From: an uncultured Desulfosarcina sp.
GTDB taxonomy: Bacteria; Desulfobacterota; Desulfobacteria; Desulfobacterales; Desulfosarcinaceae
DNA: 64,000 nt
NCBI GenBank assembly: GCA_963674945.2
Contig: CAXXWQ010000003.1
Coordinates: 1,344,001-1,408,000 of the forward strand
Reading direction: 5' to 3'
Under the pieces are notes generated by a model. The model was given only the letters and a program-made list of their open reading frames with translations. It searched no databases and was not told the DNA's origin. The position numbers and the translations under genes were made by a program. Shown in pieces: positions 58,198 through 64,000 of the stretch; within the stretch, counting starts at the first letter, position 1; each line of letters starts with the position of its first letter.

Positions 58198-59109
58198 TTA
58201 GGTGATGATCCAAACCGTATCCTTCCGTCCTGCATATACAACCTTGTTACTGACACTCCCGATAAAGTATCCCTTGATGCGAGACAAGCCACGCCGTCCT
58301 AATACGATCGTTCCCCACGCCCCTTTTTCCGCTTCTTTTACGATGGCTCCCGCGCGGCTCCGCGCACCGGTAACGGTTTTAAAGGAAATCGCCTCCTCTT
58401 CGAATCCACCGCCAATCAAAAGTTTCGCCGCTTTTTTCAAGATTGTCGCTGCGTCCTCGATGCTGGTCTTTTTGAACTCGGCAATTTTGGCCAAACCACT
58501 TCCCCGTACCGCATGGAACAGGCATATCTGGTAACCGTTTAACGGTCCGAGCGTATCCGCCACGAAGTGCAACGCCCGAGTCGCGCAGGGAGATCCGTCC
58601 ACCGCCACCAGCACCCTTTTGTTGACGGGTTTTCTACCGGCAATGAGAACCGGCATAAACGCCAGTTTCTCCAATAGTTTGGCACTGACACTTCCCAGAA
58701 CGACATTCGTCAATGCCGTCGTTCCCCGGCGACGAATCAGCACGGCATCATAGCCATTCTTCGCTTCTGCAATGATGTCCCGGGCGATTCCAATTTTTCG
58801 ATCTTGAATCTTTATCTCCACCGCGCGTTCGTCATGCCCGGATGCCACCAACAGCTGTTTGGCCTCCTCCATGCATCTTTGCGCTTCCTTTTTCTGACTT
58901 GCTTCCCAACTGCGCACATGGCCGACGACTTTAACACTCTTCGGTTCTTTTTCCAGGTCGTAATAGGCGACGGGAATTTTGTTGAATACATGGAACAAGA
59001 CAATTTTCATTCCCTTGAAAGCTTCTTCCTCTCCTGCGTATTTGGCGGTTTGCAATGCTCGCTTGGAACAGTCCACGGCCACCAGTAAACGTTTTCTCTT
59101 GTGTACCAT
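58198..59109 (-). CDS. Tandem universal stress protein
   Basis: Two USP domains: LLVAVD.S...LGSVS and VLVAVDGS...LGRRG...IGSVS. Confidence 0.92.
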   Translation of the reverse strand: MVHKRKRLLVAVDCSKRALQTAKYAGEEEAFKGMKIVLFHVFNKIPVAYYDLEKEPKSVKVVGHVRSWEASQKKEAQRCMEEAKQLLVASGHDERAVEIKIQDRKIGIARDIIAEAKNGYDAVLIRRRGTTALTNVVLGSVSAKLLEKLAFMPVLIAGRKPVNKRVLVAVDGSPCATRALHFVADTLGPLNGYQICLFHAVRGSGLAKIAEFKKTSIEDAATILKKAAKLLIGGGFEEEAISFKTVTGARSRAGAIVKEAEKGAWGTIVLGRRGLSRIKGYFIGSVSNKVVYAGRKDTVWIIT

Positions 59110-59127
59110 TATTCAGTCCTCCTGATT

Positions 59128-59811
59128 TCAATGAAAAATAATGCGTCTATTCTCTTTGTGATCCACCAGGTAACGTAGCTTGGCCTTGTCCTTGAGGACC
59201 GAAACGAGATCATCCAGATGATCTCTGGGGACATTGGTAAAACGAAGATAGACATTCCGGTAGCCCGTCGGCGCACGGTCGTACGTAGAGAGTATACTCA
59301 CCATGCGGCCGCCGAACTTGCGGATGACACTTACAACCTCCATTATGGATCCGGGCGTATCTTCCAGCACGAAACCCACGTGAACCCCCTTTTGTTTCAA
59401 TCCTGTAATGTAAAGGGCGGCTTTGAACAGATCCGTTTGCGTGAAGATCCCGCACATAACATCGTCGTCGCCCACTACAGGCAAACCGGATATTTTATGG
59501 CTTAGCATGAGATCGGCGGCCTCCTCGATGGTCCAATCCGGGTGGGCCGTGATTGCTTTGGTTGTCATGATGTCGGCCACCTTGATTTTCGATATGAGAT
59601 ACAAAAGCTCGTGAATCTCCAAGGTGGTCGCATCCGACGCCGAAGCGTGCTTTAAGTCCCGATCGCTGATGATTCCAACCAGTTTCCCTTTTGCATTCAG
59701 CACCGGAAGCTGTCTGATGCGTTTTTCTTTCATCATGGAAATGGCTTGTTGCATGGAGTCTTTTGGGCCGATGTGAATTACCGGGTGGCTCATCCAATAT
59801 CTGACTAGCAT
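59128..59811 (-). CDS. CBS pair plus ACT domain protein (AcuB-like)
   Basis: IRQLPV, LVGIISDRDLK.AS.S.ATTL..HEL.YL, KISGLPV, ACT D.PG.I. Confidence 0.88.
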   Translation of the reverse strand: MLVRYWMSHPVIHIGPKDSMQQAISMMKEKRIRQLPVLNAKGKLVGIISDRDLKHASASDATTLEIHELLYLISKIKVADIMTTKAITAHPDWTIEEAADLMLSHKISGLPVVGDDDVMCGIFTQTDLFKAALYITGLKQKGVHVGFVLEDTPGSIMEVVSVIRKFGGRMVSILSTYDRAPTGYRNVYLRFTNVPRDHLDDLVSVLKDKAKLRYLVDHKENRRIIFH

Positions 59812-59881
59812 GGTTGTTCTCCTTTTTTATTGACCGGTGATGGAAGCAAACCGGATCAATCCGTTTACCGACCTCAATGCC

Positions 59882-60352
59882 TCAAGGCAGTTTATCGAAA
59901 CCCGCCGGTATGCTCAGCAACGGTATGGGGCAGCGTCGATACAGTTGCCGGGCGGTTGATCCCACGATCACGTCGGCCAGGTTGCTTCTCCCCTTGGTGC
60001 CCACAACCACAAACTGGGGCTTTTCATTTTCAATCGTCTGCAGTATTTCTCGGAACGGGATGCCGCTTACCACGATGCATCGACAGTTGACGCCATCGGG
60101 ACAATTGGCCTTGACCAGATCGTTCATTTGTGTCTCACGGGTGATTTCCTGGTCTGTCATATAGTCGGGAAAAGAAAAGCTTTCATAGCCGAGCATTGTC
60201 CGATGGATCATGTCGATGTCCCGTTGATTGATTACATTGATCATGACCACATCTGCATCCATTTTCGTGGCCAATAGCCCGGTGTAACGCACGACCGCCG
60301 CTGAGTATTCGGAAAGATCCACTGCCGCCAAAATTTTCATTTTCTTCGTCAT
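59882..60352 (-). CDS. Universal stress protein
   Basis: KILAAVDLS, G.P..EI, VVGTKGRS, VGSTA; RBS GGAG. Confidence 0.92.
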   Translation of the reverse strand: MTKKMKILAAVDLSEYSAAVVRYTGLLATKMDADVVMINVINQRDIDMIHRTMLGYESFSFPDYMTDQEITRETQMNDLVKANCPDGVNCRCIVVSGIPFREILQTIENEKPQFVVVGTKGRSNLADVIVGSTARQLYRRCPIPLLSIPAGFDKLP

Positions 60353-60406
60353 CTTTATCTCCTCTTGTTCATACAAAGGATTCTTCGTTCTTTGAAAAGT
60401 AGTCTG

Positions 60407-60422
60407 AGCAACGGCCATGCCA
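60407..60422 (-). promoter_or_regulatory. Sigma-54 promoter of the USP-AcuB-USP-Pat operon
   Basis: Minus strand TGGCATGGCCGTTGCT. Confidence 0.75.
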
Positions 60423-60507
60423 AATCCAAGCCTAATGATATTGGTATTATATTACAGATTGTTATGATATTGTTACCGATACAGGCGAGCTATGGTGTGA
60501 AGATGAA

Positions 60508-60551
60508 TGTCAGCTTTTTTTGCAGGATGTAAAGGTGTCAGAATTCATGGC
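60508..60551. promoter_or_regulatory. Putative enhancer (UAS) sites
   Basis: TGTCAGCTTTTTTGCA-gga-TGTAAA and TGTCAGAATTCATGGCA, 86-129 bp upstream of the sigma-54 box. Confidence 0.5.
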
Positions 60552-60636
60552 ATTGGGAAAGTTCCCGGGGTGATCGCATGTAGATTTGATACAGGGTATG
60601 GGCTTGTCCTGCTGAACACGGGAAAGGCAGGTGGAC

Positions 60637-60740
60637 GTGCCTATCGTGCGCTAACGTGCCTTAAGTTAATGTATCCTGCCTTTTTAAGGGCGGAGTGAAA
60701 CGACTCCTGAGCTTTAGGCACTTTAGTCCACTGTAGGCAC
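60637..60740. repeat. REP-like element with inverted degenerate 9-mer (AAAGTGCCT) arms
   Basis: GTGCCTATCGTGCGCTAACGTGCCTTAAG ... CTTTAGGCACTTTAGTCCACTGTAGGCAC. Confidence 0.55.
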
Positions 60741-61009
60741 TTCCATTGACTATATCATCGCAACTTGCGATTCCCCTGGAAAAACTCCCCGCCCCCCTTG
60801 CAAACCTTCGCTATTTTTCATAAACAGCCTTTGCACGACGGTGTTTTCGTGATCTCATGAAAACGCTGTCGCTTCGCACCCTGTTTGGAACAAATGAAAG
60901 GGGAACCCAATGGGATCAATAAAACCTCGCTGTGATACATACGACAGTCCGCTGAAATCAAAACGCACATGCCGGCGGAACCGACCCGCCATGACCGTTA
61001 CCGTCACCT

Positions 61010-61930
61010 ATGATCATACTCGATAACCTGTTTCCGGTGTTTGCGCTCATCGGTCTGGGCGCCCTGCTCAAACGGCTGAATTTCACCAGCGACCGTTTTC
61101 TCCAATCATCGGATCGAATCGTCTACTATATTTTCTTTCCGGTCATGCTTTTTTGGAAAATCGGCAGCGCCTCTCCGTCGGACAGTGACGCCTCCGACTT
61201 GGTCCTCGCCGCCATCCTTTCCGTTGCGGCCGTCTACGTCATAGGTGCCATCTGCAAGAAGCTATTCAAGGTGTCCGATTTTGCCGCCGGATCTTTTTCT
61301 CAAACCTGCTACCGTTTTAACACCTATGTGGGAGTGGCCGTCATCATGAATGCCATCGGTGAGGCGGGCGTCGCGCGTTTCGGCATTCTCATCGGGTTCA
61401 TTATCCCCTTCATCAATGTTCTGGCGGTCTCCACCCTGATCTGGTACACCGGCCAAACGATAGCGACCCGCAAACGCATTTTACTGATGCTCCGGTCCCT
61501 GATTTCCAACCCGCTGATCATCGGTTGTCTGGCAGGAATGGCCTATTCGCACCTGTTCGAAGGATTCCCTGTTTTCCTCGACAACACCCTCCGCCTGGCC
61601 GCCATGGTGGCCTTGCCCCTTGCTCTGCTCTCCATCGGCGGGACCCTTTCCGTAAAAAATTTCGGCGTTCATATGAAAGGGGCCTTGCTGGGATCGACCA
61701 TCAAGCTTGTGGTCTTGCCGGCAGTCGGATGGTATTTCTTGAAGATGTTCGACGCGTCCCCCATGTCCATGCGTGTGGGCATGTTGTTTTTCGCCCTGCC
61801 CACTTCATCGGCCATCGTCGTACTCTCCTCACAGCTGAACAGCGACACGGAGTTTGCCGCCACGGCCATCGTCATATCCACGATCTTGTCGTTTTTTTCC
61901 ATGAGCGCCGTTTTACTGATTATTTTATGA
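61010..61930 (+). CDS. AEC (auxin efflux carrier) family transporter
   Basis: PVF.LI.LG, V.YIFFP..LF, NPLII, PLALLSIG, KL..LP, LPT. Confidence 0.9.
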   Translation: MIILDNLFPVFALIGLGALLKRLNFTSDRFLQSSDRIVYYIFFPVMLFWKIGSASPSDSDASDLVLAAILSVAAVYVIGAICKKLFKVSDFAAGSFSQTCYRFNTYVGVAVIMNAIGEAGVARFGILIGFIIPFINVLAVSTLIWYTGQTIATRKRILLMLRSLISNPLIIGCLAGMAYSHLFEGFPVFLDNTLRLAAMVALPLALLSIGGTLSVKNFGVHMKGALLGSTIKLVVLPAVGWYFLKMFDASPMSMRVGMLFFALPTSSAIVVLSSQLNSDTEFAATAIVISTILSFFSMSAVLLIIL

Positions 61931-62700
61931 ACCAGGAGGAAGAATTGACGACAAAAGACAGTCAACGGACATTTAAACTCATCGTGGAGTATGACGGTTC
62001 CCGGTTCCATGGGTGGCAGCGGCAAAAATACGATCGGACCGTCCAGGAAACCATCGAAAAGGCCCTTGCCATCATGACAAAAGAGACCGTCACCCTCATC
62101 GGTTCGGGCCGAACCGACGCCGGGGTCCATGCACTGGGCCAGGTGGCCGGTTTCAAGACAAGGTCCCATCTGGATGCCCAAACTTTCTTTAACGGTCTCA
62201 ACAGCTTGCTGCCCGATGATGTGGTCATCCGTGCCTGTGAACCCGCGCCCGGGGCGTTTCACGCCCGTTTCGACGTGACGTCCAAACACTACCGCTATCA
62301 TATCCTCAATCTTTCCCGGCCCCGTGCCATCGGCAGGCAGTTTTTCTGGCAGATACGAAAACCGCTGAACGTCCCTGCCATGAACGATGCCGCAGCAATC
62401 TTGTTGGGCACCCACGACTTCAAGGCATTCGAGGGAACGGGCAGCCCCCGCGCGCACACCATCCGTGCCGTGACCGAATCGGTGGTGAAACGCGACGACG
62501 ACGGCAAGTTGACCTATGATATCCGGGCCAATGGTTTCCTGCGGTTCATGGTGAGAAATATTATGGGCACCCTGGTGGAGGTGGGGCTGGGAAAGAGATC
62601 GGCTTCCGACGTGGAGACGATACTGCGGTCCAGGAACCGCGGCATGGCCGGTGCGACGGCCCCTGCGCGAGGGCTCTTCTTAATGGAAGTAATCTACTGA
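61927..62700 (+). CDS. truA: tRNA pseudouridine(38-40) synthase
   Basis: YDGS.FHGWQ.Q, GRTDAGVHA.GQ, FHARF, G.HDF, GFL..MVR, TAP..GL.L; ATGA coupling to the AEC gene. Confidence 0.96.
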   Translation: MNQEEELTTKDSQRTFKLIVEYDGSRFHGWQRQKYDRTVQETIEKALAIMTKETVTLIGSGRTDAGVHALGQVAGFKTRSHLDAQTFFNGLNSLLPDDVVIRACEPAPGAFHARFDVTSKHYRYHILNLSRPRAIGRQFFWQIRKPLNVPAMNDAAAILLGTHDFKAFEGTGSPRAHTIRAVTESVVKRDDDGKLTYDIRANGFLRFMVRNIMGTLVEVGLGKRSASDVETILRSRNRGMAGATAPARGLFLMEVIY

Positions 62701-62823
62701 CGGCTTCGTAAAAAGTTCGAGATCAAGGATTGGGAATCCCGAGGAATGAGGCGTATTTGTGATACGTCGCAGTGACGAGGGATGAAGCGTAACGAAGATA
62801 TCGGACTTTTTACGAAGCCGTCA
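62698..62823. mobile_element. 126-bp MITE-like element
   Basis: Perfect 19-bp terminal inverted repeats TGACGGCTTCGTAAAAAGT and ACTTTTTACGAAGCCGTCA; non-coding interior. Confidence 0.75.
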
Positions 62824-62853
62824 ATGTTCGACGTTTAACAAATCAACGCGTGG

Positions 62854-64000
62854 TCAACCGCCCTGATCGGCAACCGGGCACTGGTTCGTATGCTTGCATG
62901 CATGGTCGGCGAAACCGACGCCTGCCTCTTCGTAGAGTACGTATGCTGCATCGATACCGGCCTCTCGTAATATGGAAATTTCATCTTCATGTCGAACGGA
63001 AGCGGTAATCTGCCCTCTGTATCCGCGAGACTTCAACTGATCGATGGCAAAACGGCTGGCCTTTGGATCGGGAAGGGTCAGCATCACCAGGTCGATTCGA
63101 GTGGCTGACGGGTCGATCCCCTCCCAGAAATCACTGTCCGATGCATCTCCGAAAAAAGTCCGGCGTCCCTTTTTAAGGTGACGGTCAACGGTCTCCTGGC
63201 AGAAATCGACGCCTGCCACCACATCCCCGAACCGCCGCTGCATCTCATCATACGCAGCCGCACCGAGTCTGCCCATCCCGAAGATGATGATCCGAGGATC
63301 CGTTTGATTTTCGATGAACGCATGGTCGGGAAGGCGCGTGTTGCTTTCGAACCGTTTCAACGAAACCGCCCATCGGGCATAAAGCCTATGGATCGAAGCG
63401 TTGATGGAAGCGGCCATGACAAAGGTACAGGAAAGAGCGATGGCGATAATCATCAACCATTGCTGGTCGATCCACCCTGCGCCCACGCCGATGGCGGCAA
63501 CAATGAGTCCGAACTCGCTGTAATTGGCCAGACTCGCGGACGCGAGGAAGGCTGTACGCGCCCGAAGCCGAAAGCGGGACAGGACGCCGAAATACAAGGC
63601 CGCCTTCACCGGCATCACCATGGCAAGCAGCACCGCGATCCCCACGGCGGCCAGTGTCGGGGAACCGGAAATACCGATGTTCAGGAAAAACCCCACAAGA
63701 AAGAGATCTTTAAAACCGAGCAGCGCCTTGGCCAGTTCGGAGGCCTTTGGATGGGAAGCCACCAGCACGCCGAAAACCAGGGCCCCCAGGTCCCCTTTCA
63801 GTCCGACCAGTTCGAAGCTTTCGTATCCGGCAAAGGTCATGAGAATACCGAAAAGCATCAACAGTTCGCCGTGCCCGCACTTGGACATGAAGTTCAGCAG
63901 CAGCGGGCGAATCAAAATGAGTCCGGCAACGAGCGCCACGGCCCAGAGGCTCGGAATCTTTCCGGATGAGAAGGCGAGAAAGATCACTGCCACGATATCC
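62854..64000 (-). CDS. Kef-type cation:proton antiporter with TrkA-N domain, 5'-partial
   Basis: LGAL..G, FKDLFL..FF..IG, SEFGLI, GMGRLG, GDA; runs off the window end. Confidence 0.88.
   Translation of the reverse strand, partial: DIVAVIFLAFSSGKIPSLWAVALVAGLILIRPLLLNFMSKCGHGELLMLFGILMTFAGYESFELVGLKGDLGALVFGVLVASHPKASELAKALLGFKDLFLVGFFLNIGISGSPTLAAVGIAVLLAMVMPVKAALYFGVLSRFRLRARTAFLASASLANYSEFGLIVAAIGVGAGWIDQQWLMIIAIALSCTFVMAASINASIHRLYARWAVSLKRFESNTRLPDHAFIENQTDPRIIIFGMGRLGAAAYDEMQRRFGDVVAGVDFCQETVDRHLKKGRRTFFGDASDSDFWEGIDPSATRIDLVMLTLPDPKASRFAIDQLKSRGYRGQITASVRHEDEISILREAGIDAAYVLYEEAGVGFADHACKHTNQCPVADQGG

Noticed and set aside
61525..61926. N-terminal extension of TruA in the ORF track (391 aa)
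   Set aside because: Overlaps the AEC gene out of frame; TruA homology starts after ATG 61927.
1..64000. CRISPR array, tRNA, prophage, integron or anti-phage defence operon
   Set aside because: No regularly spaced direct repeats, cloverleaf, integrase, transposase or recognisable defence domains. The dynamin-like gene alone does not justify a defence call.

Overview
64 kb of bacterial chromosome, most likely from an anaerobic sulfate reducer of the Desulfobacterales (Desulfosarcina-like). This is inferred from gene content, sigma-54 signalling density and intergenic repeat style. No rRNA, tRNA, CRISPR array or transposase was recognised. Left part (1-28.4 kb): a partial COG3014-type protein, a TorF-like porin, a TM2 protein, tag, a SlyD-like protein, a membrane-anchored dynamin-superfamily NTPase closely resembling eukaryotic EHD ATPases, a signal-less ModA-like protein paired with a plant-type methionine gamma-lyase, a type IV minor pilin cluster (fimT-pilW-pilV-pilX-pilY1), lptF-lptG-waaA-lpxK, terC, a nucleotide-sugar dehydrogenase, a pseudouridine synthase, argJ, and a double-cubane-cluster reductase with its ATP-dependent activator. 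Right part (28.4-60.6 kb): a roughly 32 kb signalling and transport island. It holds 4 histidine kinases, 8 receiver proteins (only one with a DNA-binding output, an NtrC-type activator), two atypical DASS transporters, a TauE/SafE transporter, a PEP-synthase-like dikinase with a non-canonical C-terminus, a catalytically degenerate glycogen synthase, PilZ, STAS, USP, AcuB-like and Pat-like proteins. Four sigma-54-type promoters in this island share a recurrent upstream TGTCAG-N4/5-TTTTACA element, suggesting one regulon. The window ends with an AEC transporter, truA (its stop codon lies in a 126-bp MITE) and a partial Kef-type antiporter. All functional calls come from motif recognition; no database searches were run.
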